Source: Promethearchaeota archaeon
GTDB taxonomy: Archaea; Asgardarchaeota; Thorarchaeia; Thorarchaeales; Thorarchaeaceae
DNA length: 64,000 nucleotides
Direction: 5' to 3'
NCBI GenBank assembly: GCA_014728035.1
Contig: WJMJ01000071.1
Span: forward strand, 96,001-160,000
Both the position numbers and the translations under genes were made by a program. This document shows, piece after piece, positions 9,839-19,051 of this stretch. Within the stretch, counting starts at the first letter, position 1. The number at the start of each line of letters is the position of its first letter. A model generated the notes under the pieces. The model had not been told where the DNA came from. It was given only the letters and a program-made list of their open reading frames with translations, and made no database searches.

Positions 9839-10549
9839 TTGAGTTTAACAGCCCGAGACCTTCTGCATAAGCTTGCTAAGGACACTGGAATTGATTACAG
9901 TATCCTTGCTAAAAGAGTGAACAGTGACATTAAGAAAGGAAAATCATTTCTCGACTCTATCAGAATTATCGCATCAGACAAGGGACTGAATCCGGATCGT
10001 TACTTGCTGGATTCACGAAAGATTGCGATAGAAGTTAAGGCAATTCTTCAAGATGATTACTCTCAGACTTTGATGATATCTGCAGTACTTGCACAGATGG
10101 TTGAAGCACGAGGAAAGCAACATTATCCTGTACCAGCTTTTCTTGCGTATCTTGAGATTCTTTATTCCATTTCTGAAAATGATTTCACCATACAATCTGA
10201 TCCACCAGAGGATATTGATGGGACAACAACAAGAATAATCGAGCTAACAACATCGCTAGTATCATTAGTATGCAGATGGAATGATGATGGCATCGTCGGG
10301 ATAGCAAAAAGTTGTCCTGATGAGCTAAGAGAATTGGCAAAAGCTGTATATAGAAAAACGCGGATGCTTCAGAATGGTCTTTGGACATGTATCTCATGTG
10401 GTAAAATAGTAATGGTTTCTGATACAAGAGCTCTCATGTGTCTAGAGTGTGATGGACAGTTTTCAGATGATTCCTCCTTGACGACTTTTCATCGAGAACG
10501 TGAACGTGTTGGCTACGGGAGAACAGAACGCGGTGACTCAATTGAATAA
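9839..10549 (+). CDS. Hypothetical protein with C-terminal CxxC...CxxC zinc ribbon
   Basis: WTCISCGK...MCLECD. Long ORF preceded by AGGAG. Confidence 0.6.
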   Translation: MSLTARDLLHKLAKDTGIDYSILAKRVNSDIKKGKSFLDSIRIIASDKGLNPDRYLLDSRKIAIEVKAILQDDYSQTLMISAVLAQMVEARGKQHYPVPAFLAYLEILYSISENDFTIQSDPPEDIDGTTTRIIELTTSLVSLVCRWNDDGIVGIAKSCPDELRELAKAVYRKTRMLQNGLWTCISCGKIVMVSDTRALMCLECDGQFSDDSSLTTFHRERERVGYGRTERGDSIE

Positions 10550-10552
10550 ATG

Positions 10553-11197
10553 TTAGACTCTTGAGAGCTGGAGGTCGAATCCTCGATTGATAAGGTCTTC
10601 AGCAGTATCAATTTCTCCTTGAGTGACAATTATATCGTTTATTTGAATCACTTGCTCGGTATCCAATCGATCCTCAACATATAAAATCACGGGGTCGAGA
10701 TCTGCTACCGTTGCAACACTGATCAGTGGTGCTGTTAGGCCATCATAGAAATCAGAATGACCTCTTGGAATATCCAATCGCTCTAATAACCGTTCTCCTT
10801 TCTTTGAAAGAACTTGCCCACAAGTTGGACCTGAATGAGCTACTATTGCAACCAGAAATCTAGTAGGGATATTTCCGCGGATATAGAACAATGCATCGGT
10901 AAGCCACTCATAGTCTTTGATACTGACATCACCCCATATCATCATAAGGTCATCTCTTATCATGCCATGGACAGGAATTACTGGAGGCTTAATTCCAGCT
11001 GGATACCTGTTCCATGAAGAAAAGGAAGGAGAATTGAACAATAGTACTGTTCGAAAAAAGTTCTTTTCGTATATTTTTCTGCAAAGGGTCTGACCTAATG
11101 GATTGAGACCTAGAAGTACAGTATAATTGTCTGTAATCTTCTCTCTTAGGTATACTTCGAGTATGGGAGAGATCCATTCTTGTTCAAATACGGGCAT
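10553..11197 (-). CDS. Hypothetical protein, possibly a divergent PAC2 (proteasome assembly chaperone) fold
   Basis: VLLGLNPLGQ...FNSPSF...MIWGD...DGLTAPLISVA...VILYVE follows the PAC2 motif order weakly. Confidence 0.45.
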   Translation of the reverse strand: MPVFEQEWISPILEVYLREKITDNYTVLLGLNPLGQTLCRKIYEKNFFRTVLLFNSPSFSSWNRYPAGIKPPVIPVHGMIRDDLMMIWGDVSIKDYEWLTDALFYIRGNIPTRFLVAIVAHSGPTCGQVLSKKGERLLERLDIPRGHSDFYDGLTAPLISVATVADLDPVILYVEDRLDTEQVIQINDIIVTQGEIDTAEDLINRGFDLQLSRV

Positions 11198-11347
11198 CTA
11201 AGCTGTCTCACTGTTTGTGATATATCTACTATTTTGTAAAGCAATATTTAATTGTGCATCTACGCCATCTATTACTCTTACTTCAAGTCCCAATCCGATT
11301 CATTTATGTGTAAGCAACTTTGCGATTCAATTGCCTAATACAGCATA

Positions 11348-12706
11348 TTGGTGATATCAGTGGATAAGTACATCGAGCATGTATATAATGCCCTAGTTGA
11401 AAAGGACCCCGAGCAGAAGGTGTTTCACCAGGCAGCTCTTGAGGTTCTAGAATCACTGGAGCCCGCAACAAAGAAGTACCCCAAGTACCAAGAGAAATCA
11501 ATTCTTGAACGTATTACCGTTCCAGAACGAATTATCAAATTCCGAGTACCATGGGTTAACAAAGAAGGAAAGATTGAGGTCAACCGTGGCTATAGAATCC
11601 AATTCAATTCAGCCATCGGACCCTATAAGGGCGGTCTCCGATTCCACCCCACCGTGAATGAGGGTGTTCTGAAGTTCCTCGGTTTTGAGCAGATCTTCAA
11701 GAATAGTCTCACAGGCCTACCAATGGGCGGGGGCAAAGGTGGATCTGATTTCGACCCTAAGGGTAAGACTGATGAAGAAGTACGTAATTTCTGTTACAGC
11801 TTCATGTCCGAGCTTTACAGACATATTGGTCAATTTACTGATGTGCCTGCTGGTGACATTGGTGTTGGCGGTCGTGAAATCGGGTACTTGTATGGTGCTT
11901 ACAGAAATATTACAAACCATCATGGCACTTGTGTGTTAACTGGTAAGGGACTCCCTTACGGTGGTTCATTAATTCGACCTGAAGCTACCGGATATGGTTG
12001 TGTTTATTTTGTGCAAGAGATGCTGAAAACCAAGAACGAAGAAATGAAAGGAAAGGTTGCATGTATCTCTGGTTCAGGTAATGTAGCACAGTTTGCAGCA
12101 GAGAAATGTCTTGACCTTGGTGTCAAAGTTGTTGCAATGAGTGATTCTAGTGGATGGATTCATGATCCTGACGGTATCGACCGTGATAAGCTTGCATGGA
12201 TTATGGAGCTCAAGAATGTTCGTCGTGGTAGAATCAGAGAATATGCTGATGAATACGATGTTGAATATTCTTCAAAAGGTAGTCCTTGGAGTGTTAAGTG
12301 TGATATCGCTCTCCCAAGTGCAACCCAAAATGAAGTTGATGCTAAAGAGGCACAAGCACTTGTTGACAATGGCGTAATGGCTGTTGGTGAAGGTGCTAAC
12401 ATGCCTTGTGTACCCCAGGCAGTGGAAATCTTCCAGAAAGCTGGAGTGCTCTTTGGCCCTGGAAAAGCAGCCAATGCTGGTGGAGTATCAGTTTCAGGTC
12501 TTGAAATGGCACAAAACAGTCAGAGATTCTTCTGGACTCGTGAAGAAGTTGACAAACGCCTACATGGTATTATGGTCAATATTCATGAGAATGCCTACAA
12601 GACAGCTGAAGTATTTGGCAAGAAAGGCGATTACGTCCTTGGTGCTAACATTGCTGGCTTCCTAAAAGTTGCCGAAGCGATGCTTGCAATGGGCTTCTAC
12701 GCATAA
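11348..12706 (+). CDS. gdhA: NADP-specific glutamate dehydrogenase
   Basis: GPYKGGLRFHP, KFLGFEQIFKNSLT, GGGKGGSDFDPK, DVPAGDIGVG, RPEATGYG, GSGNVA, KAANAGGV. Confidence 0.97.
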   Translation: MVISVDKYIEHVYNALVEKDPEQKVFHQAALEVLESLEPATKKYPKYQEKSILERITVPERIIKFRVPWVNKEGKIEVNRGYRIQFNSAIGPYKGGLRFHPTVNEGVLKFLGFEQIFKNSLTGLPMGGGKGGSDFDPKGKTDEEVRNFCYSFMSELYRHIGQFTDVPAGDIGVGGREIGYLYGAYRNITNHHGTCVLTGKGLPYGGSLIRPEATGYGCVYFVQEMLKTKNEEMKGKVACISGSGNVAQFAAEKCLDLGVKVVAMSDSSGWIHDPDGIDRDKLAWIMELKNVRRGRIREYADEYDVEYSSKGSPWSVKCDIALPSATQNEVDAKEAQALVDNGVMAVGEGANMPCVPQAVEIFQKAGVLFGPGKAANAGGVSVSGLEMAQNSQRFFWTREEVDKRLHGIMVNIHENAYKTAEVFGKKGDYVLGANIAGFLKVAEAMLAMGFYA

Positions 12707-12714
12707 TACAGGTT

Positions 12715-12750
12715 AGCAGAACCTCTTTGGTTCTGCTTTCTTTTGTTTTT
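12715..12750 (+). terminator. Intrinsic terminator-like hairpin after gdhA
   Basis: agcagaacc-tcttt-ggttctgct (9-bp stem) followed by ttcttttgttttt. Confidence 0.8.
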
Positions 12751-13360
12751 ATTTCTTAATGATTTCAAGTAATTCTGATAGTCTTCGTTTTACATCAGAC
12801 TCTACTGTACTCAACTCAGTTAGCTTGCGAAGATGTTTGATATGCTCTTCTCTATATTCCTCATCCGAGACCTTTCCCTTTCGGCGTTTGAGTTCTAAAG
12901 CATCCATCTCTTGATTGATTACTTTCCGTTTTTTTGATACAAGCTCAAACCCTTCTCGAAGAGACATCCATTCAATCATCGCATGAGCTTTTTCTTCCTT
13001 TATCTTCTCTTGTTTTCGTTTTTCTTTCTCTTGGAGTCTTAATCGCTTGTTGACTTCACGAATCTCTTTCTGTATTTCTCCGAGTCGTGCCTCGACATCT
13101 CTCTTCACATGGATGATTTGAGTAGATGCCTGCCATTTTTCTTGATATAGTTTGATATGTTCTGCTTCAGACATCTCTTTTCTTTTCAATTTTCTATCTA
13201 GCTCAATGAGTTCTTCTTGAATCTCTCGAAGTTGTCTTTTAACTTCTTGATACGATTTTTTCAAGGAAATCCATTCAACAGTGTACTCTCCCAAAATTTC
13301 CTTTTGATCTATTTCAAAAGGATCAATTTCCTCATCATCAAATCCTTCGAGATGGCTCAT
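12749..13360 (-). CDS. Coiled-coil protein with two internal repeats, CdvA-like helical region
   Basis: Two copies of EWxSL...LxxKxxKxxxSxxEx...DVxxRLxE. Confidence 0.65.
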   Translation of the reverse strand: MSHLEGFDDEEIDPFEIDQKEILGEYTVEWISLKKSYQEVKRQLREIQEELIELDRKLKRKEMSEAEHIKLYQEKWQASTQIIHVKRDVEARLGEIQKEIREVNKRLRLQEKEKRKQEKIKEEKAHAMIEWMSLREGFELVSKKRKVINQEMDALELKRRKGKVSDEEYREEHIKHLRKLTELSTVESDVKRRLSELLEIIKK

Positions 13361-13472
13361 GGTGATTCAAACTCCTATTGCATATTATGCCTATAGTCCT
13401 TTTGAGTGTAATCGTTGAATACTACCAGAATATTACAGAAGAACTAAGAGGGGGTTTTATCGGAAATGTCTT

Positions 13473-14543
13473 GTGATAGATATGACTCTTGAGGTTGAGC
13501 TCGTTCCTCATGAACAACGAAAGGCAAAACCTGCCGATATCTTGCAAGTTCCTTTTGGTACTGTTTTTACTGACCATATGCTCTCTATGGAGTATTCTGA
13601 TGGAAAATGGCATCCTGCAAGAATTCATCCTTACAAAAAACTTGAATTGGATCCATCTGCATTAGTATTGCATTATGGACAAGGCATATTTGAAGGAATG
13701 AAAGCATACCGGCGATTTGACAAATGCTTTCTATTTCGGCCAGAAAAGAACTTCGAACGATTCAACGCTTCAGCAACAAGAATGGTTATGGCTAACATTG
13801 ATGAACAGCAAGCTCTAGAAAATTTGAAACATCTACTCAAAATCGAAAAAGATTGGATTCCACAAGCTCGTGGGACTTCATTGTATATTCGTCCTACAAT
13901 GATTGCTACTGAATCAAAACTTGGAGTACGTCCATCTCTCGAGTACCTATACTATGTGATCCTATCTCCGGTAGGTCCGTACTTCAAATCCTTCGAACCA
14001 GTGAAAATCATGGTTGCAGACAAGTATGTTCGAGCAGCAAAAGGTGGAGTTGGTTCTGCAAAAACAATGGGTAATTACGCTGCTAGTCTTATGGCAGCGA
14101 AGAAGGCAAAGGAACTTGGGTATTCTCAAGTTCTGTGGTTGGATGCTCATGATAACAGGTATATAGAAGAAGTAGGAACAATGAATCTCTTTATTCGATT
14201 TGATGACGAATTAGCAACCGCTCCCCTTCAAGGGACCATTCTCCCGGGTATCACACGTGATTCGGTAATTCACATGACAAAAGACTGGGGTTACACGGTA
14301 AACGAACGGAAAATACCTATCGATGAGGTTCTTGAAGGTATTCAGTCTGGAAAAGTTCTTGAAATATTTGGGGCTGGAACTGCTGCTGTTATAGCGCCAG
14401 TTGGAAATCTTTGGTACAAAGGTGATGATTATAGCGTTGCTGACGGTGGAATTGGCCAGCTGACACAAAAACTCTTTGACACATTAACAGGTATGCAATG
14501 TGGTCAAGTAGAAGACAAATATGACTGGGTTTCAGTCATCTAA
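13473..14543 (+). CDS. ilvE: Branched-chain amino acid aminotransferase
   Basis: FTDHM, LHYGQGIFEGMKAY, LYIRP, AKTMGNYA (PLP Lys), EEVGTMN, ILPGITRDS, GTAAVIAP. Confidence 0.96.
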   Translation: MIDMTLEVELVPHEQRKAKPADILQVPFGTVFTDHMLSMEYSDGKWHPARIHPYKKLELDPSALVLHYGQGIFEGMKAYRRFDKCFLFRPEKNFERFNASATRMVMANIDEQQALENLKHLLKIEKDWIPQARGTSLYIRPTMIATESKLGVRPSLEYLYYVILSPVGPYFKSFEPVKIMVADKYVRAAKGGVGSAKTMGNYAASLMAAKKAKELGYSQVLWLDAHDNRYIEEVGTMNLFIRFDDELATAPLQGTILPGITRDSVIHMTKDWGYTVNERKIPIDEVLEGIQSGKVLEIFGAGTAAVIAPVGNLWYKGDDYSVADGGIGQLTQKLFDTLTGMQCGQVEDKYDWVSVI

Positions 14544-14751
14544 TGAAAACTTGGGCATTGTTGGACTCGATCTGATAGGAAGCTGCATTGGCTGGGATGA
14601 AGGTCTGGTTGCATGACATAGCATCGCTGACCACGACAGAGTTTCACCCAGTGCATTTTCCTGTGAGGCCAACGTTCTGATTTCTAAGGTTGTCCAACTA
14701 AAAATGAACGGTTGTCGGATCAATTAATGAAGATGCCCAAACTGGCATCTC

Positions 14752-15213
14752 TTATTCATTAATTTCTTTATTTTCACGAGCTCGTTTTTCAGCTTCAGAT
14801 TCTGGTGGAGATGTATGATCCAATTCTTCCCAAGATGGAACTCGTCTTGTTTCTGGGGGTCGGGGAGTGTCATCGACATACCTTTCATAGTGTGCAGTTT
14901 TATCGTCTGGTCCTGGAGGTTCCAATTCTTCATCAATCTCTGGAAGGTCTACTTCGTCCTGATCGTAGTCTTCCTCCTCATATTCCTCCTCGTCATATTC
15001 GACTTCATAATCCTCCTCGTAGCTTTCTTCTTCAAATTCGGACATATCTGGAAGAGTTACTGGAATTCCTCCGACCTCTATTTTATGCAGAAGATGTCTA
15101 AACATTCTTTCAACTACTTCTGGCTTACCTTTTGCCTCGAATTCTAAGTCTCCTATCTCAAATTCGATTTCGATTATCCCATTATGCTCCTTTTTAATAG
15201 TCTTGGGCATCAA
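14752..15213 (-). CDS. Acidic hypothetical protein
   Basis: Compact N-terminus (IEIEFEIGDLEFEAKG) plus a long E/D/Y-rich tail. GGTGA upstream. Confidence 0.6.
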   Translation of the reverse strand: MMPKTIKKEHNGIIEIEFEIGDLEFEAKGKPEVVERMFRHLLHKIEVGGIPVTLPDMSEFEEESYEEDYEVEYDEEEYEEEDYDQDEVDLPEIDEELEPPGPDDKTAHYERYVDDTPRPPETRRVPSWEELDHTSPPESEAEKRARENKEINE

Positions 15214-15319
15214 TATTCACCTAGTACGATAGATTATCAAATCCTAATAAGCGTACATGTCAATGGGCGAATCCTTTTAGCATGGTAATGTAGTATTGTG
15301 GTATTGCGAGGTAATCGCT

Positions 15320-15820
15320 TTGACATCACAACTGGTCGTTGATTATACAAAATGCACAGGATGTAGAATATGTGAGCTAGCATGTTCCGCTAAGCACGAA
15401 GGAAGATTTCAACCAAGTCTTGCGCGTCTCAAAATTGTTCGCTACGATGATTTAGGTATCGATGTGCCAAATGTATGCGCTCCGTGTGAAGAAGCTCCAT
15501 GTGTCGAAGTATGTCCTGTCTATGCTATGCGTAGGGATCCGATAACAAAGATGACTTTCTTGGATAATGACAAATGCATTCTCTGCAAATCCTGCGTTGG
15601 TGCATGCGTGAATGGTGTAATTTTACTTGATACCGCAAAGATGCAAATTATCAAATGTGACCATTGTGGAGGCGATCCTGAATGTGCAAAAGCTTGTCCT
15701 ACTGGTGCAATAACATATGGACCCATACAAAGTGTTTCTGTTTCTAGTCGCCATGAAAAAATATCTGAATATCTCAGAGAGATAGGACGAACTGCTAGTA
15801 AAGCCCGTGGTGATGCTTGA
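15320..15820 (+). CDS. 4Fe-4S dicluster electron-transfer subunit (DmsB/HydN-like), AOR partner
   Basis: CTGCRICELAC, CAPCEEAPCVEVCP, CILCKSCVGAC, KCDHC..PECAKACP. TTG start after GAGGT; overlaps the AOR gene. Confidence 0.9.
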   Translation: MTSQLVVDYTKCTGCRICELACSAKHEGRFQPSLARLKIVRYDDLGIDVPNVCAPCEEAPCVEVCPVYAMRRDPITKMTFLDNDKCILCKSCVGACVNGVILLDTAKMQIIKCDHCGGDPECAKACPTGAITYGPIQSVSVSSRHEKISEYLREIGRTASKARGDA

Positions 15821-17714
15821 TATGAAGTATGGTGGATACGCTGGAAAAATCCTCCGCGTGCAATTGGATAATAATGACTTTATGATTGAATCCGTTCCAT
15901 CAGACTGGATTAGAGACTATATTGGTGGAGATGGATTTGCAGCTCGTTTAATGTTTGCAGAAGTTCCTGCAAGATGCGAACCTTTAGGTCCAAAAAATAA
16001 ATTGATTATCGGTACTGGACCTATAACAGGTACCCTCTGGCCAATGAGCGGGAGAACTGTATTCGTATCAAAGTCACCTCAGACGGGAATCTGGGGAGAA
16101 AGCCATGTGGGAGGTTTCCTCGGTGCAGAACTCAAATATGCTGGTTATGATATGCTGGTTATTGAAGGTCGTTCAGAGAAACCAGTCTACATATTCATCA
16201 ATGACTCTGATTTACATCTAATAGAGGCCAAAGATAAATGGGGTATGAAAACAAATGAGGTATCAGCAGCGATTCGTCGAGATCATCGAGACCCAGATAT
16301 CCAAGTAGGTGCGATAGGACCTGCTGGTGAAAAGCTCGTGAAATTTTCGTCTGTCATTATCAATAATGCTCGAGCAGCTGGAAGAACCGGAATGGGTGCT
16401 GTTCTTGGTTCAAAGAACGTCAAAGCGATAGCTATTCGTGGTCATGGTGGGATTGATGTACATGATCATGACGGATTTGTGGAGTTTGCTAAGGAAGCCC
16501 ATCAGCGAGTTAGAACTAACCCACAAGCTCAGGAAATGGGTAAGTGGGGTACATGGAGTCTCACAGCGGTAAAGCAAGAAATTGGTGAGCTTCCAACAAG
16601 AAATCATCAGACTGGTGTTTTTGAAGGTTGGGAGAAACTTTCTGGTGAATATATCCGTCCACGATTTACAATATCTGATCGTGCTTGTTTCGGATGTAGC
16701 CTTGGGTGCAAAAAAGTCAATCTCATTTCTGATGGTCCATTTAGAGGTACTCTTGAAGAAGGACCTGAATATGAAGGTCTTATGTCCTTTGGGAGCCTAC
16801 TTGGTATTGATGACTATCCAACTACCTTGAAAGCAAATCAGATTTGCAATAGATATGGAATGGATATCATATCAGCTGGAGCGACAATCGCTTTTGCAAT
16901 GGAACTATTCGAAAAAGGTATAATTGACACCGAGGATACTGATGGCATCGATTTGAGCTGGGGAAATCGTGAGAGTACAATCAAGATACTTGAGAACATT
17001 GGAGCTCGAATTGGGTTCGGTGATTTACTCGCAGAGGGAACAAGGATTGCAGCCAAGAAAATTGGTAATGGTGCTGATGAATTTGCTATCCATGTTAAGG
17101 GACTAGAAGTTTCAGGACAAGATGGCCGTACACACCGTAGCATTGGATTATCTCATGCAACTGGAGCGAGAGGTGCAGATCATCTTAGAAGCTTAGTTGT
17201 CGTCGATCAATTGGGATACGAGGATGTTGCTGTAGATCGTTGGGGTGAACATACCCTGCCTGAGATTCTCAATCCTTATGTAGAAAAATACAAAGCAAAT
17301 GCAGTTGTTGAGACTGAGAATGCATACTGCATTCGTGACACATTGATTGTTTGTTGGTATTCTGTGTCATGGCCCCCTATTTTCTGGATGAAGGACTTTG
17401 CAAAAATGTTACCACTTGCAACTGGAATAAAATATCTTGGTGATGAGAAAAACCTGACACTGATTGCTGAACGCCAAGTTGCTTTGAAACGATTATTCAA
17501 TGCGCGAGAAGGCATAACACGGAAAGATGACAAACTACCAAAACGATTCACACATGAAGCTATGCCGGAAGGGCCAGGAAAGGGCCAGACTGTGGATCTG
17601 GAACCAATGTTAGATGACTACTATCGTCTCAGAGGTTGGAACCGTGAAAGTGGGCTACCAACAGATGAAACACTGCGTCGCTTATCACTGAACTGGACAA
17701 GATTAAACGAATAA
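15807..17714 (+). CDS. aor: Tungsten-dependent aldehyde:ferredoxin oxidoreductase family protein
   Basis: GYAGKILRV, KSPQTG, IGPAGE, GRTGMGAVLGSKNVKAI, CFGCSLGC, GPEYE, GMDIIS, VKGLE, RGADH, YYRLRGW. The true start may be ATG 15822. Confidence 0.93.
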   Translation: MVMLDMKYGGYAGKILRVQLDNNDFMIESVPSDWIRDYIGGDGFAARLMFAEVPARCEPLGPKNKLIIGTGPITGTLWPMSGRTVFVSKSPQTGIWGESHVGGFLGAELKYAGYDMLVIEGRSEKPVYIFINDSDLHLIEAKDKWGMKTNEVSAAIRRDHRDPDIQVGAIGPAGEKLVKFSSVIINNARAAGRTGMGAVLGSKNVKAIAIRGHGGIDVHDHDGFVEFAKEAHQRVRTNPQAQEMGKWGTWSLTAVKQEIGELPTRNHQTGVFEGWEKLSGEYIRPRFTISDRACFGCSLGCKKVNLISDGPFRGTLEEGPEYEGLMSFGSLLGIDDYPTTLKANQICNRYGMDIISAGATIAFAMELFEKGIIDTEDTDGIDLSWGNRESTIKILENIGARIGFGDLLAEGTRIAAKKIGNGADEFAIHVKGLEVSGQDGRTHRSIGLSHATGARGADHLRSLVVVDQLGYEDVAVDRWGEHTLPEILNPYVEKYKANAVVETENAYCIRDTLIVCWYSVSWPPIFWMKDFAKMLPLATGIKYLGDEKNLTLIAERQVALKRLFNAREGITRKDDKLPKRFTHEAMPEGPGKGQTVDLEPMLDDYYRLRGWNRESGLPTDETLRRLSLNWTRLNE

Positions 17715-17728
17715 TGTTAGAATTATCC

Positions 17729-18706
17729 CTACATTCTAACATAGTCTACTCTATGAGTTGCACCACAGCTTGGACATTGATATTGATCTGGGCCAACCCA
17801 ATCAATTTGTTCCCATGAGAGTGGTGCATTGCAGTTTGTGCATCTATCTTTGATAACTGGTTTGACAAATACTGTATGATCTCCTTTACTTCCGGAAGCT
17901 ACTTCCATATCTTCTCTTGTTTCAGTAGCAACAAATTGTCGGTCTATTGATGCAGTGTCACTCACAGAATATTGAGATAGTGGATGTCGTGCCTGAATGA
18001 ATTGAAAGGGTCTTATTAGCCAATCAAGATGTTCTTCAGGAAGTGTATCCCATGCTCTCATCTGCCAAACTCTAAGCATATGATCTTGTCTAGGTACTTT
18101 TCCTTTGATTTCGAATTTTCCAGTAGAAGCTTTAATTTTGATTTTGTTCCCCTTTGCTTCAAAGGTTTGGACCATATGTAGAGGAAAAATGTAGAGTTTC
18201 TTTCTTTTACTATCCTTCTGATAAAGGCGGTAATTGGTTAGAATAAATGAGCCTGGAAAGTAAGTGAAAATCTCCTCCCCTCGAATCCAAGCATAATTAT
18301 CATAGAAATGCTTTGAAAAAGGTCGATGATATCCTATTGTTGACCAATTACCATACGGATAATTTGGATGAACGAATGACAGCCCTGACATCTCACAAAG
18401 TTTCCTCTGGTCTCCAACACGCAACCTTTCAAATTCTCTTAGTCCTAAAGCACCTCTCAGAGCTTCTTTGGGTGGCATTGCGCCAATCACATTGATTATT
18501 CCATTTACAATTTTGAACATACCCGAACGAGAAGTAAGCTTGTATTCTCTAATAGCATATAGTGGGATTCCGACAGATGATTCTGACCCACGATCTCTCT
18601 GGAGAAATCTGTAATTGGTAATTATATGTTCATCTCTTTCTAAGAGAATACGTTCTCCTTGTATTGGAATTAAGACTAAGTTGCTCACTGTAGGTACCTC
18701 TTTCAC
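17729..18706 (-). CDS. Tandem PH/GRAM(GLUE)-like domain protein with C-terminal zinc ribbon
   Basis: Two repeats of (I/L)TNYR(F/L)xQ(R/K)D...(I/F)PL..(I/V). C-terminal CTNC...CPSC. Confidence 0.6.
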   Translation of the reverse strand: MKEVPTVSNLVLIPIQGERILLERDEHIITNYRFLQRDRGSESSVGIPLYAIREYKLTSRSGMFKIVNGIINVIGAMPPKEALRGALGLREFERLRVGDQRKLCEMSGLSFVHPNYPYGNWSTIGYHRPFSKHFYDNYAWIRGEEIFTYFPGSFILTNYRLYQKDSKRKKLYIFPLHMVQTFEAKGNKIKIKASTGKFEIKGKVPRQDHMLRVWQMRAWDTLPEEHLDWLIRPFQFIQARHPLSQYSVSDTASIDRQFVATETREDMEVASGSKGDHTVFVKPVIKDRCTNCNAPLSWEQIDWVGPDQYQCPSCGATHRVDYVRM

Positions 18707-18771
18707 ACAGCATTCTATTAATCTTCAGATTTCTAAGGTATTAAATTTGCTCTTACAATCTCTTTGTCTTA

Positions 18772-18984
18772 TCATCTCTTAGGAATTGACAGGTATAGAA
18801 TGTCATCATAGCTTAGGATACCAAATCCTGACTCATTCTCGAGTTTTACATGGTCCTGAAAAATTTCAGAAACTCTCACATCGCGAATCTTTGCTAGAGT
18901 ATCTTTCTGCATATATCTTAGATATATGGTAAAAACTTGTCCGGATTGTTTAAGTTCGGATAAAATTTGGTTCCAGTTTGTCAT
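18772..18984 (-). CDS. Small hypothetical protein (helix plus beta strands, possibly Sm/SH3-like barrel)
   Basis: 70 aa, GGGG-type SD upstream, VSEIFQDHVKL...ILSYDDILYL pattern. Confidence 0.55.
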   Translation of the reverse strand: MTNWNQILSELKQSGQVFTIYLRYMQKDTLAKIRDVRVSEIFQDHVKLENESGFGILSYDDILYLSIPKR

Positions 18985-19051
18985 TGAATATTTCCCCTAG
19001 TTGTTGCTGAATGAAAAGATTAGACGCATTTAATATTTCCTTAGTCTGTAT

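Noticed and set aside
14532-14936. Short minus-strand ORFs 14532-14723 and 14724-14936
   Set aside because: They overlap real genes or the structured spacer and lack protein-like features.
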